Of a stretch of 64,000 bases of DNA, positions 22,081 to 36,027 are shown piece by piece. Source of the stretch: Puccinia triticina (Eukaryota). The DNA is taken from the NCBI GenBank assembly GCA_026914245.1, contig CP110439.1:2108001-2172000 (forward strand). The letters run 5' to 3'. The position numbers and the translations under genes are program-made. Positions within the stretch are counted from its first letter, which is position 1, and each line of letters begins with the position of its first letter. Under the pieces are notes generated by a model, which was given only the letters and a program-made list of their open reading frames with translations, made no database searches and was not told the origin of the DNA.

Positions 22081-23016
22081 TGTGGTAGACGGAAAAGTGG
22101 AAAAATAAAAAGTTTTTTCTATACCACATAATTACTCATACTAGGCCTCAAGATACCCCCAAATGGACCCCAGAAATGGATTCTACGGCCAATTTCACCC
22201 CTAGTCACCACTGGAAGCACCCCTGGACCCCTTCTAGTGTGGAAGTTACACCTCATGGACACATATCACACGGCCAGCCCCAGTAACTCAGCTGTCACCT
22301 GCCTCAACCCAAGTTTCACAGTAGTACACTTATAAATATCACAGGATACAAACATACATCTCCCTGTCAGGCTACACTCATTACATATTAACTACATACA
22401 CTCCTTTATATACATAGTATGACATCATTTACACTGTTTCTGCAGCCTCAGACTTGTGTATACACTAATTCCCCCTGTATGACAGCTCATGCAGTCTACT
22501 GTCACCTCAGGCATGCGTTAGAATGTTCTGTTGTATATTCTGACATCATTCATGCGCCCCTGAGGGGTTATGACATCATTTGTATCTACTCCCACCAGCT
22601 AAAATCCCTCACCCTGTTGTCTAGTTTAGCTGAAACCCTAACCCACAAGCCCCTTTGGGGCTCCACTTTTGTCTATAAAAGGAGCTCTCTCCACCCCCAG
22701 TGGTCTGCTCTCCAGTTTCTCACCGAGAACTCACAAGTCACCCAACACTCATCCACACTCAAATCCTAAAACCCTTATAACAATAAATTAACCCTTATAA
22801 CAACAATTCAACCCTTATAACAAAGTAATTAAAACACTTACACGTTGCCAGTCAAACAGATTTCATCTGGAACAGACCAGACCTATCACTTAATAAAACT
22901 TGCCAAGCTGAGCTTGGTGGGTCTTGTTGACTGATAACAGAAGGGCAGAGCTTGCAACTCCATCATACCCTTCACCATTCAGCAAAAGGGTTTCATTACC
23001 ACTTTTGAGTCCTACA
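22081..23016 (+). repeat. 3' LTR of the full-length Gypsy
   Basis: Directly follows the PPT AAGTTGGGGGAGGA; same length and sequence as the 5' LTR; followed by CCGG. Confidence 0.95.
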
Positions 23017-24686
23017 CCGGTTTGGTGCCCACCTTGAGAAGCACGCAGACGTTGGGCTGAAGAAGTGGACAGAAGGCATTGAGCATCCACCAGTGAGAGT
23101 TGATCTTGTTCTGGTTGCGCTCTTTCATGCAGAAGATGATCTGTGTGGGCACAATTCCCTTCTCTAATCCCTTGAACTTCAGGTCACCGTCTACCGAAAG
23201 TTGGGTGGTGAACTTGTAAATGTGTGCTGTCACGGGTTGGTCTTGAACCATTTTGGATCCTACACCATCTTGATAAACACCTAATGCGGAAAGACTACCC
23301 CCCAAGAAACCCTGTATTAGCGCTGACAGGACTATGTATGTACGGTGACCAGGAGAGCTTACCAGTCGAGAACTCGTGGATGAATGACCTTCCGCCCATC
23401 CGCGACGATGAAGACCACCACTTTCTTCCAGCCGTCTTTTCCCCACGTCCTGGATTTATTTCTGGTGCAAAGATGGGCGATGTTTTCTTTGAGGATGATA
23501 ATAAGGCGACACGTATGTTATGCTAGATGGGCATTGATAGCAGCGATAACAGCTCGCACAAATTCCCCTCACCCCTAGAGTCAGGTTGCGCCACGGTGGT
23601 TTGTTAGTGCACAGCAATGATAGGGTGGTGTGGCGGTGGGTTGCAGATAGCGACGGTGGATATGTACAACGTCGTGGCGAGGGTAACGGTGAATTTGATT
23701 CAGCGCGAGTTGAGAGAACGGCGGCGGCGAGTCCAGCAACGTAGCGAAGGACAAACTGCTTAAAAGAGAGGCAGCGTTTGAGATTATCGATTCCCCAGGG
23801 CGATTGGAAATGCTGCACTTCCAGCTGTCCATCACCCTCAACCCCTCTGCTGTTGCACATGCACAGTCTGAGGGGCAAAGAGTGGGCCCCCCACTGGTCC
23901 GTAGCCTTAGCTGCTGGCCGGGGGCCTTCATGTCCATCCCTTTTGACCCGCGCGCTAGACGCGGGCTGGGGCGTGAGCCTGAGTACACAGCTCTGCTGTT
24001 GTTGGGGGGCTAGGTCGAGATTTTATTTTTTGAATGATTATTGTATGGAGATTATTGCGGTCATTTTTTGGAAGCTTTACATAAGGGGAAACCCTTGATT
24101 TTTTTTTTGCTCTTTTGTTATTTCATAGGGGGAACCCTTGATCTTGTTTTTTACAATTCAGATAAAACTGTGTCTTTAATAAACTTGGATGATGAGTTGT
24201 AAATTTCCACATAAACGGGTTGCAAGTGGAATTTTGCAACCCTTTTGTCTTGCAACGCATATGGTTTGCAAAATATTTTTTGCAAAATTGGTCTTCAGAC
24301 CACTACACCACGGACACACTTCCTTGCGTCTTTTCTGAACGCCGTTCGAAGTGACGGAAAATTATCAAAAGAAATTCGAAGTGGCCCCACTCGTTGGGAT
24401 TTCGAATACTCCTTGATTTTTTTCCCAATTTTTTGGGAAATAATTCGAGGAATAATTGAGTGGAAACTCAATCCGGAAAATATCCGGGATATCCGCCGGA
24501 TTCGCCGGATAAACTCCGGTGAAAACCTTATTTGACTGCCATTCAAAACTCATTCGATTGCCCTCCGAACCGCTTTCGAGGTCATTTCGATTCCACTTCG
24601 ACTATCATCCTCAGCCACCGACAATCGAACAGAATTCAAACATCGCCAGAAATATTCGTTCAAAAATAAATCATCGCCAGCAGGAT

Positions 24687-25437
24687 ATGAACTCAAGTCA
24701 AGCATCCAACATAGATATCTCCCCCATTGCGATTTGTCTCCGCATCGCGAACTTGCCCTCCCAGCTTGCCTCCGACCCACCTTGCACGTTATGGAAAACC
24801 GGGAACCTAGCTCACGCCACGACGACGGAGGAGGAGAAAACCAGAGTGGTATCTCCCAAAACGTAAGTTAACTCCCTCCCATCTTTGCCCTGATATCGAT
24901 ATCCATTTGGGCCATGCACTGATGGCTCGCACCACCCGGCTCAGGCCCAATCGCAGCCTCGCCGCAATGAGGCTCCGGCCCCTCTCCCAGGCGACAATGA
25001 TGGACCCCCTTCCCCGCGGCGCCTGGTACCTCGGAAGCGCAAGTCTACCATTGAGAGGCTTCAGGCACTCTGCCCGGACATGTTCGACCCGTCACGTGCC
25101 GAGGCCGAAGATCGCAAGCCGTTGCCGTCTTTACTTGTCGACCAACTTCAGTCATCGGGCTCTTCAACCCCGCCAAACCCGAAGCGCGCGAAGTCGAGCT
25201 CCAGTTCCCCCCCCCTCTGATGGCGACCTCACAATGGAGGCCTATCTCGACCTCTGCCACATCCAGCCCGGCGACTCCCAGACTCATGCGGCGATTGAGA
25301 GGCACTCCCTCTACCACTGGTCGATCTTCAAGACCACCTCGATCCGAAGGCTCTGCAAACTGGGGATCCGCTATGGCCCGGCAGTCTTGCTCAAGGGCGG
25401 GGTCCACGAAGCCATGAAGAGACTGCACCAGGATTAA
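24687..25437 (+). CDS. Small 2-exon transposon-borne protein with a helical, possibly SAM-like C-terminus
   Basis: ATG 24687 and donor GTAAGT at 24863. The last exon ends MEAYLDLCHIQPGDSQTHAAIERHSLYHWSIFKTTSIRRLCKLGIRYGPAVLLKGG. The SAM resemblance (L..LGI..GP...L) is by eye only, and the acceptor is uncertain. Confidence 0.5.
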
Positions 25438-25994
25438 CAATCCCAATCCTGTCCTGGAAATCCCTTGTTCTGCACATGCCTCGCTCCCCCCCCCTCCCCT
25501 GTTCATCCTCCATTGGCGATGTTTTTTTCTCTTGCTTATCTTACACTTCCACCTATCTTTTCCAGGCTTGTCCTGAATTTTATTTTCTGCTACTGGTCAG
25601 AAAACTTTGTGTTGTATGCTGCTGCATTCTTTATCTTATTCTCCAGATAATTTTATATGATTTCTTGGGTGCTTCCTTAAAAATAGATATGATAAATTTT
25701 GCTTATCATATCTCTGCCAACTTAAGTCTGAAGAGTAACTCTGAGTCAATTCAACACCATCATGCAGTATAGTCTGGTGACAAGTTGAACATGCTTTAAA
25801 ATATACACAGGTGTAAGGTAAAATTGTAAGGTAAAATATAAGGCCAAACAGCCTCCACAGGGGTAGGGTAAGAGAAATAAAAACAGTAAAACATTTACAC
25901 AAGTCCCAAAGATTTTTTTTCATAATTTGCTGATTTCACACACAATAACAATAACTACCAGCTTGGATTCACATCTAATTGCTTGGATTCACAT

Positions 25995-28900
25995 CTAATC
26001 ACTGACGTCATCACCATCATTTTCTCCTTGCCATTTCTGAAGTCCCTCGGTCAATGCTTGCATCATCTGTGATCCAGTAACAACCATGTGCCGCAATCCT
26101 GATAGCTGGCGGTGGCGTTGAGCCTCGTGATGTGCAAATGCATTCAACAGATAACTATTGTGATTAGTGTGTTGGATGTGATAACAGACAGATGTGCCCT
26201 CTTGTCGCTTGTTCACTGGCACAGCTGCCTCCACTGCGGCACACCCTCCTTCAATGCAATTATGCTGTACGTTGAGGCAACACTTAATCCACTGATCAAA
26301 TGATTTTGCTGTCAATTTTCCTGGTGACATAATGTTTGAGGTCTATGTATAATTTACTTACTGGGACAGGTACAATAGCATAGCTGGACCTCTTCTGCAG
26401 TGTAGGCATTCGGGTATGACGATTGATGTGTCCTCTCTGACATTCCACACGTCTCACATAATAGTGATTCCCTGGGGTGACCTCCCACAACGATTGGACA
26501 CATGCAATAACTTCAACTTGATTTGGACCCCCTTGCTCCTATTCACACAAAATTAGGTTGTCAGTGCATTTTTGTATGATAGCATAATTAAAATTTTCCT
26601 GTGGTTAGCGTACCAAATAAAACATCCCCTTGTGAATTATTTCCTTGGCATTCAGATGGATAGCAGTCTAACACTGCTGTTTGGGTTGAGTCTTGCAGTA
26701 AGCGCCTCAGGAATTGGTTCAAGTTCTGCCTCTGGGATATTTGGTTTATTTGAGTGTAAGCAGGGGTATGATTTCATGGGGTTGACTAAGGTGGAGTTGT
26801 ACCCAAATAATTTTTGGATCAGGACATTTGATTTAAATATGTTGGTAACATTAGGTTTGGCTTGAAAGTATTCCCCTGTCTTGGAATCATGAAGGTAGGC
26901 GCCAGAGTATAATAGCCTCTCAATGTGATAGTTGCTGAAAGTCAGGGCTAAATCGTGACTTGGTGCTTGTCTGTTGGAATGGATTGATGCAGTGCGGACT
27001 ATTCCGTTATAATTTTCAAATTTCTCAGTGGCAAATAGGATTGGGGGCCCAAATCGTCTAATTGATTGAGGTAGGTGTAACAGCATGTGGATCTTGGGTT
27101 TATTTGACCACCTGCCAGACATTTTTGATATGTGATACATGAACTCCCGTATAACCCCTTCCAGTTGTTGGATATAGGTTTCCATGTCAGGAATGACTGT
27201 CTGAAAAACCATACTTGACATAAAGCACATTGAGTACCAAACATTCTTCATGTCTTCGGTCATGTAAGGAAACAACACAAATGCTGCAACCTGCAAGATG
27301 ATTTGGAAATCTTTACCAATGAAGGATTGATGGTGGGCCATCATGTAAGTTGCCTGAAGTTGTGGAAAGTTGAGGGCATCGGTGTTGAATGATCGCAAGC
27401 GGGCCTCCACTTCTTTCAATTTGCTCTTGGGTATCCTATTTGTCATAAGGTCAGCCATAAGATATTTGACACATCCTAGGAGTACTACGTGTAGTATCTC
27501 CACTGGGGTGTGATTACATCCATCAAATGATGCTAGTTCCAAATAAGAGTTGAATATTCTTGGATGGGAGTGTTCTGCAAGTTGGGCAATTCTGACCCGT
27601 TCATGGACCTTCTGAGTATGCAATTCCATCAACCTGTGTGTTATTTGGTCCTTCAATCCATACTCTGCAGTTTTCAACTTGAATTGATTCTTGGATTTTG
27701 TATAGTATAGCTCCCAAAGTTCATGAGATCGACTCTTGGTTTCATGCCACTTTCTAGCAACGGGTAAAGCTGTTAGGCCAAAAAAGGCACGGAGGAATTC
27801 CAAACTGCACCGGTGTTCTTTTGATTGAGTACTGAGATGACACATCCTGCAAGGATTATTGGCTTGACCTGGGTTGAATGTGCTTGTAATTTCTGCAGAC
27901 ATAGGTGAGTCCGCAAGGAAAGCGAGTGGGACCACCATATACAATACTTCGTGTTTCAGACCTGCATCAAATGCTATGCTACCTTGAGTTGCCAAATGAC
28001 TGTGTGGATATTATACAATGTCAGAGACAATGAAAGGAACTATCCATTATGTGTTGTTCACTCACTTGATCTCTGCAACAATGGGCTCACCAATCTCCAA
28101 AGCTGAAGCAACATTGGAGGTTGCAATAAAATGACAATTGTATTCCATGTTGGTCATTTCAGGCAGCAGTCCTCCCAATGTGAAATAGTAAGAAATATGT
28201 TTGTTCCATCTCTTAGACTGGTTACCTGAAGTGTCATCAGAGTAGAGGGTAATGGGGACATGTCGAATGATCTTTTTACCTGCCCTCTCTCTCCAGGGAT
28301 TGGGTATGCGAATAGGGTCGGCCCCAATTGGGGTGCCATGTTCTGTCAAAACAACACAAAAAGGTGGGGTGATACTTGTCAAAACAACACAAAATGTAGG
28401 GGTGATACTATCATGTGAAGAGTTTCATTAACTGCTTACCATATAGCAAATTATCACACTTTGACATAAGCAATGATCCATCTTGATGGCGGATTTCTGA
28501 GTATAACTTGTTGAACTTCCTGACAGGAATATCAAGCAAATCTTGGTCGTTATATCCAATATTTGCCCGTATGTAGAATATCATGTTACCAGACTGATTT
28601 GGTCTGGAAAATTTGGCACGAAAACACTTGCCCCATATTTCATCTTGATACTGGTAGAAAAATATTGGCACCACAATGTGACTATCTGGGTGATCCATCA
28701 AAGTTATTGGCTCAAATATATAGTAGTGTTTGCCATTGTAAGGTGCCATTTGGACGCGGTGTTCTTGGTTAAGACTTTCACACCACTTTTCACTTTGGTA
28801 CAGAGCCCTGATGTTCTTCCCTTTGGTGTCATGTGGGTAGAATTGCATATGTGGGTGAACAATGGGATTTGCCAATTCCTGGGAAATAAAATGTCAGGGG

Positions 28901-29944
28901 AGATAATGTGTCAGTCAATTGCAAAATCAAGCAGAAGGATGTCAGTTGACCCACATGTCCAATCAAGTCATGCAGACTCAGATAATAACATGTATTATTA
29001 AATATGGAGACATGCTTGTTGATTTTCACATCTAAAGTCTTCCGGATTGTATCCCGGTTGCGTTTGATGCTGTCCCAATGAGGCAGCTTCATGCCCCACA
29101 CACGTAGGATGACCCGCAACTGGTGATACATGGTGCGTGATAAGCGATTGTGCAGATGGCCTAGCATGAGTGCTGAGAACAGATGCTGCGAGTTTGTATG
29201 TATGGTAAGCGTGGGGTGGTCTGATCAGCCCAGAGTTATACATACAATCTCAAGGGGAAATTTGCCACTCACCCCCTTGGACCTAAAGGGAAACCAATTG
29301 GAATTGTCCATTGTTGCCTCTGATTGTTCATCATCATCATCATCCTCTTGACCAGGGGTTAACACTTCATCTTCCATCAATCCAGCCATAAGTGCATCAT
29401 GAACCCACTGAAGCATGCCTTGATCCCCACCCATGACTTCCTCTTGATCCTCAGAACCAAAACCAAAGGCCGCACTGTCATTCATATCAACATCCACTGT
29501 TTGAGGCTCTTCTGGGCCCATCTGCAGGGATCCAAGATTTTGATCAGGAATTTCCACCTGGGGATCTGCAGGCACCTGATTCCAAACGTGAGGGAGTGAC
29601 GAGCTAGAACCATGTGTTTGAGAATTTGATTGAGCCATTGCATTTTGGAAACTCTGGAGTTCTGTCAACTTGTTCATATGAGTTCTGGTTTGAAGATGTA
29701 ATGGTATGTTGCACTCCTTGGCCCATTTGGATTTGCAAATCACACATCTGTAAAGGTATCTACCATCTTGATCCAAATTAGCCTCAAAACCTGAGGGTAA
29801 TATATTTCCCATCAGATTAGAATGACACAACCAAAAAAACACCATATCAAAAAAACACCATATAAGAATCATATAACCAGATGGACACAATCATATACCA
29901 TTGTGTAAATGAATGCACTCACCAGGATGATTGTTTGGTGCCAT
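25995..29944 (-). pseudogene. Multi-exon CMC/EnSpm-like transposase, probable frameshift near 26655
   Basis: C..C...H...H finger, LYSDDTSGNQSKRWNKH, FLADSPM, CRMC, TPVEILHVVLLG, NKPKIHMLLHL..IRRFGP...ATEKFE, and C-terminal NVQHNC. About 7 GT-AG introns. The frame shifts from ...VRLLSI* to LNAKEIIHKGMFYL. Confidence 0.8.
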
Positions 29945-29948
29945 AGCC

Positions 29949-30297
29949 GGGTTTAATTCCTTGGAAAATCTGGAGGAACTTGAATGATTGGCTTGATAAT
30001 TACAGATTTATTTAAAACCGTAGGGACTGATTCTTGGGGCTCAATAGGAATGATAGATATCTGATTTCCAAATTATTTGATGAACCTGAATGCCTTGAGT
30101 TTTGTGAGATCAAAGGTGGGTTTAATTCCTTGGAAAATCTGGAGGAACTTGAATAATTGGCTTGATAATTATTGATTTATTTAAAACAGTAGGGACTGAT
30201 TCTTGGGGCTCAATAGTAATGATAGATATCTGATTTCCAAATTATTTGATGATACTGAATGCCTTGAGTTATGTGAGATCAAAGGTGGGTTTAATTC
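29949..30297. repeat. ~169-bp tandem duplication between the divergent transposon genes
   Basis: The unit starting GGGTTTAATTCCTTGGAAAATCTGGAGG recurs at 29949 and 30118, with a third start at 30287. Confidence 0.85.
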
Positions 30298-30301
30298 TGA
30301 A

Positions 30302-33300
30302 ATGTTGTGTTTTGGCTGGTTGAACCCAACTGTCGGTGGTTTGTGGCAAGAGGCAAGGAAGTCAGGAATTTGCGCGGCATGCACGCAGCTTGGCCCCACA
30401 GTCAAGTCTGGTCCGCAGCAACGGTTGAGGTTTTCTCCAACCCCGTCGGAAGTCCGCCTCCATCGGAAAGGCCAAACTCAATCAGTTCTCACGATATCAT
30501 TCCTGCGGACATTGGTGAGTGTTCTATGAGCCACCACCCCCTAACCCCTCCCTTCCGCCAATGCTCATGAACGCCTGTAACATATCAAACTGAAACCGGC
30601 AAGTATTTTAGTTTGATATGTGATCCGACTGAGCCCGACACTGATCACTTATCTTACCTGTTTGACACCGTTGTAGGACACAGGTCATTGAAAACCCAAA
30701 CATGTCGCAGCCCCTCAGCGGGCACCCCTCATGGGACCAGCTTGACAGCAACCCGAATCCGTTGTCCAACCCGAACTCAAACCGCGGGCCACTGTCAAAT
30801 CCAAATCCCCTCCTCCCAAGCGATGGCCGTGTCGATCACGGCCAATACAACTACTCTAACATGTCCAACCCAAATCCGTTGTCCGACCCAAACTCAAACC
30901 GCGGGCCACTGTCAAATCCCCTCCTCCCAAGCAATGGCCGTGTCAATCACGGTGTGGTAAGCCAATCCTGATCTACCCAGAAAACCAGCAACCATCAATC
31001 ACAAGGCTGTCACACCTCAAGACTAAATCCCATACCTCTGGCCCCCTTGTCAGCAAAGCCCAAGGTCCTCGACATCCCCACTCAATGGTCATACCCTGGA
31101 TAATAGTATTCCCTCTTCCCACACTCCCCCTCTCTTGGATAAACCCTCTCCCTAGTCTCAAACATCTACCCAGATCACATGTTACCCCCTTCTTCTAGTG
31201 TTTCCTTAGAACCATGTGCTCAAAGATGTATAAGCAACCTTGAAACCCTTCACCCTCCAAACCCAACATGATACACATTATACTAGACATAGCCCCAAAC
31301 CCCACCTAGATTATTTCTCCCTGAAACACTTCCTGAAACGCTTCCTGAAACGCTTCCTGAAACACCTAACTCCTCCTATCTTCAATCCCTAGATGACTTC
31401 TTCCTGAAACACTTCCTGAAACGCCTAACTACTCCTATCTTAGATCATAGAATATTCTACCCCTGTTATGTCTCACATATCCCCTCCTCTAACTAGGAAG
31501 ATTGAACCATAGCCCCCAGAAGATGGCATCATCCCCACCCACTATTACACCATCATGTGACTCCTTGACCCACTACTCTGACCACATGGCTGTTTCATCC
31601 TATAGAAGTAGAATGTTCTATGCTTCCCTTCAGGTTATCCTTGGTTCCTCATGGCTCCTCTTTCTTGTGTATATAAACTGGGTTGTTTTCCTCTTCATTT
31701 GTTCCCCATCAGATCCTGTCAAAGTAATTCAGATCACTGGTCACCTATCATTAGCCTTGCTTATGCCAATAAATCAGATTGGACAAGCTTGTTATCTGTG
31801 TACAAAATATTAGATTAGTAGAAAAGTAACCCTCAAGACATACCTCAAGAATCCTCTATAGCCACACCTTTCCATAAGAGTCCACACTCTTATATCTTTT
31901 TCTTGTTCCCAGAGAGGCAGCCCATTAAAGCACCATTCCCTCTCCAGCTCTATTCATCCCAAGAGTAGTTCCACAACGGCCAATACAACTACTCTAACAT
32001 GGCCGGATTCAACCACACCCCCACTCCCATGGCGCAACCCGAAGCGCAAGACCAACATGTTGATACTCGACTGATGGATGTGGCGGATCAGGGCCATGGA
32101 GGCCCGGGCTTCCCGCAAGGCCCAAACCCTCCTGGTGAGTCCCTCGCGCGCTGGAGGATGACTTACGTAATAACCCTAACCCATCCCCGCACTCCTTAGG
32201 CGTTTCAAATTGCCAGAGCCAAGCTGGGCCCCAGTGATCGCCGACTTTTACCCAAATGGGTCCACCCCCCTCGCCATATCCGCCGCAGGGCAGTCCAGGT
32301 ATGCCATACAGCCCCCCTAGCGCCAGTCCTGCCCCGAGCCGATCCTCCCGTTCGAGTTTTACGAGCTCCGTCGGAGTCCGCCCAGACAAACTTGAATTGA
32401 TCGGGAACGCCCTGCAACTGGTCGAGAGCTCCTTCACCCTCAGCAGCGAGCTTATTCAACGGGCACAGCCCCTAATACAGGTGAGTGTTGTGAAATGCCA
32501 TGGGGGTCACATCCACTAACCCCCCATGTTGATTGTAGATGACCTCAGAAGAACGCACCCTTGCGATCTTGCTATTGGCCCTCCACCGTGGCCCCCCCCC
32601 TCAGCAGCCAATCGCCATCCCAGTTGCGGAGCCAACTGCGGCCCACTCGACGCCGGACCCCTCGCAGGGCTATAGTCAGGATTTCAAGGCCCACCTCCGA
32701 AACACCGTACGCGAAGTCCTGCTCCAAGAGGACCTTCAGTCCTATGGCAGCCGGCCATCCCATCGCTTGAAGGTGTCGGACACACCGTTCAATTGCGTCA
32801 CCGTGAGTACCGATCCTGTGGCTCAGACCGATGAGGACCCTTCATATCACTGAAATGCGGGTCGCCAGGCTGCCATTGCCAAGGAACCCCAAGAGTTCCG
32901 CGCCACGCACCTACCGGCAAACTACGACAAAGGCCGAAACAAGGATCACTTCGAGGGCCTGGTCTCTGACTGTATCAAAGAGCAGAAATTGATCCTCGCC
33001 ACTTTTCTCAAGGCCGGCATGACCGGCAAAGGATTGGACAAGGTACCTTCGCTTTGGAGTCTCATCGCCAACATCTACTCCGTCTTCCATCCAACGTTCA
33101 AAAAACACGGTGCGAAGCAGATTCACTCGGACAAGCACACGGTGCGAAGCAGATTCACTCGGACAAGCGAATTACCTCGGGGGCCAAGGTAAGGGTGTGC
33201 TACATCCGCTTCATGGTCAACCTCAATCGAGTCAACCTGCGCAACAAGAACGAGTTGAAGCAAGTGTCGTTCTGGGACAACATTGACAAGGACCTTGCCT

Positions 33301-33515
33301 CATTAAGGAGGAAGTCCCCGGGGTATGGTACCGCTTACGCTACAATGATTTACGAGATTGACAAGCGACTCTTGGATGATGTGAAAACCATCCGGAGTCA
33401 TGAACCAGCAGATCAACAACCTCCATCTGAAGAAGAGATCGAGGCGCGTGCGCAATCTATTCTCCAAGCCCGAAATGCGCCTGAGGTCAAGATTGAACTT
33501 GGACCACCGAACTAG
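30302..33515 (+). pseudogene. Second transposon gene (multi-exon, Pro/Asn-rich N-terminus), disrupted
   Basis: GT-AG introns at ~30514-30676, 32481-32538 and 32803-32868; NPNPLSNPNSNRGPLS coding repeats. Interrupted by the solo LTR 30953-31975 and a frameshifting 32-bp tandem duplication (~33105-33168). Confidence 0.6.
30953..31975 (+). mobile_element. Solo LTR (1023 bp), TGTGGT lineage
   Basis: TGTGGTAAG...TTCCACA; TSD ACGG. The empty site (CACGGCCAATACAACTACTC) is preserved in the neighbouring tandem repeat at ~30837. Confidence 0.92.
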
Positions 33516-36027
33516 TATCCGCTCCTTACTCCCCCTCCTTCTCGCTCTCTCTCCCTCCCTACATCTATCTCTCTCCTCCAATCCATATGCCTCCTCCCCC
33601 CAGTTTATTATCTAGTTAGTTAGTTTGCTACATCTACCTCCCAGATACACGAGTCTCCTCCCACTGTCTATTAACTTGTTATATTGCTACACATACCTCC
33701 CAGATACACAACATTATACACAATAAGAAATGATATTACAATCCTATTTACACAAAATTAGTGCCCCGGGGCTCTGAGCCATTTGTGTCAGAATCTCAGG
33801 AAAGATCTTGCGCTCTTTCCGCTCCTTGTTCTTGGGCGCTCTTCTCTGCGGCTGCGCTCCGCACCCGCGCAATAATCCTGAATCAAAGGTTGCCCCTGGC
33901 CGCACTGCTTGGTTCTCCTCATCCCGCTCGGAACCACCAACAACCAAACACACTCAACGAACGACAGGACGATCATCAATCATCAATCTCTGCCTTCGTT
34001 GTCGCGGGATCACCAGCATCAGGAATCAAGAGTAGTGGTACTACCCTCTTCTCTCCTATTCTGGTTCTTGGTCTCTTTCTCACCTTTCCCCTATTGAGTA
34101 CTGACACCATTTTCATCTAGTCTCTTGTTCTAGTGTTTTTGTTTGTTTTGTTTTCCTTTCTCCTGATTTAGTCTACGTTGCTCTATCCAATCCTCTAGGT
34201 ACATTTCAATCCTTTCTTGTTCTTTTGTTCTTTCACTTTTCTCATGCTGAAATGTATTCTCTAGTTTCGCCTCAAAATCTCGCAATTTGAACCCTGGCGA
34301 GCGGAACGATGAAATTGCTAGGGGGGGTGTGGGGCGGGTTCAAGGGATCAATTCCCCGGGTCTGCCCCCGGGTCTGCATCCCAGGGATATCGATTTCATA
34401 TCGAACATTGAGTAAACTCCAATGTACGTTCAAATTTCAATTGAGTTCGCTTCGATTGAAACTCCAAGGTATCCCGAAGTCAACAATCAAATATAATTCG
34501 AACACCTCTGAGTTCGAAATATATTCAAATGTAAATCAAAAAATAATTGAAGAGACTTCGGGTTTTGTTCGAAGTCTCCACCCAATCAATATTCGAAGTC
34601 ATGGGCCCATCGGATTACATCCAATGGGTGTTTGAAAGGACTTCGAACACTCAGTTCAAACTCACTTGGTCAACTAGTTTGACGAAGTTGGCGACGTCCC
34701 CTCTTGCTGGCATGGAGTTCGAACATCTTTTGATTGAACTTCGGAAGGCTTTTGATCTTTTGCGTCCGTGGTGTAATTTAGGTTTTTACAACCTTAGTTT
34801 TGTGCACCTTCACTTTGCAACTCACGTTTTATGATGATGAGTTGTAAAATTACATAATTCATGGTATAATGTATAATTTTACAACCCATATGACTCGCAT
34901 CAACTATACATATTATCTATCCCTTTTCCTTTTTTTCTTTCCTATTTCCTCTTCCTTGACACACAAAACCTCCACAAAAAGAAAAAAAAAAAAAATCCTT
35001 TCCCCCTCAAATCACTCACTCCATATCCCTCCGATCAACACCTTTTTTTCCCTCTCCCCATCACCTTTTTTCCCTCCTCTCAAACCGACTTGACATGAAT
35101 CACAACGTGGCCATTGAAAACCAGTGTCCTCCTGCTGCAGGGGATCCACCAGCTGGACCCCTCCAAGACTTCCTGCGCATGTGAATATTGCCAATGACAG
35201 AAGTGCGGCCGGCATCATATCGGCCATCACCAGCCAAATCAGAGATGAAGACCGCTTACTTGCCAACAGCAGCAATTTTGGTGCTTGGGGCGACTTCATC
35301 AAAGAGATACTGCGCTACGCAATCAATGATCCGGATTCTTGATGTATCAGTCCACAGGCCCCCTTCATGAGTGGATCGCCTGGTCAATTCTCCTATCATC
35401 TGTTGGCGGTTCTCTCCGACGCTCACGAAGCAGCATGGCCGGAAAGCGCTGTGGTGATTTATATAGGCATGCGTGGTAGAATGTCCACTCGGGGATAGCG
35501 CGGGGCGGGAATGAACAGAACAGTTCAGGCAGAGTGCATTCTGGTGACATAAGCACTGAGGATGATGTCAGAAAAAGCACGCTAAGAAAGCTTATGGCAA
35601 GTTGCGCGCGGATGGAATGCACAGATTGCTGATCACGGATTTTGGACCGGAGCGGAAAGACAGGGCTGGACTGCGGCGGACTACACACGTGGACTGGTAG
35701 CAGTGGCGTGTCAGAAGGTGAGCCACTTTCATCTGAAGCGGGTGGAACCGGGGCGGAGGGGGTGGCAAGAGACTGACTGGCGGGGGCTAGACAGAGGACG
35801 GTTGGAGGGAAAGTGTCAGAGAGGAGCAGAGTCTGGGACAATGACGTGCGGAAAGCGGGTGGAGCTGAAGGACTAGTGCGGGAAAGTGTTGGATCTGCGG
35901 GATTGGGTGGGAACGGTGACATGCGTGGAGGGAAGGAAGGGGAAAGGCTCACAGTTTCTCTTCTCTCTCTCCTATTGGATTATCCTGGCATCTTAGGGAT
36001 TACTCATTATTGTACTTACACTTACGG

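Larger units (their letters stand above)
10974..23016 (+). mobile_element. Full-length Ty3/Gypsy LTR retrotransposon (12,043 bp), recent insertion
   Basis: Two 936-bp LTRs with no difference spotted by eye, TG...CA termini, TSD CCGG (10970-10973 / 23017-23020), PPT at 22068-22080, intact gag-PR and RT-RH-IN ORFs. Confidence 0.97.
10104..23500 (-). pseudogene. CHS: Chitin synthase (division 1, class I/II-like) pseudogene, split by the Gypsy at 10974-23016 and cut by the Copia
   Basis: [33 protein letters not shown] and [14 protein letters not shown] (23020-23495); [46 protein letters not shown] and [12 protein letters not shown] (10300-10970). GT-AG introns; premature stops, e.g. 10666-10668. 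Confidence 0.9.
24306..34773 (-). mobile_element. CMC/EnSpm (CACTA-like) DNA transposon, 10.5 kb
   Basis: TIRs CACCACGGACACA / TGCGTCCGTGGTG (12/13 match), TA on both sides, many subterminal TTCGAA palindromes at both ends. The joined flanks match the uninterrupted repeat near 51575-51600. Confidence 0.85.

Noticed and set aside
24301..24305. Plant-style CACTA terminus at 24301
   Set aside because: The right end has no TAGTG; the symmetrical reading is TA + CACCACGGAC...GTCCGTGGTG + TA.
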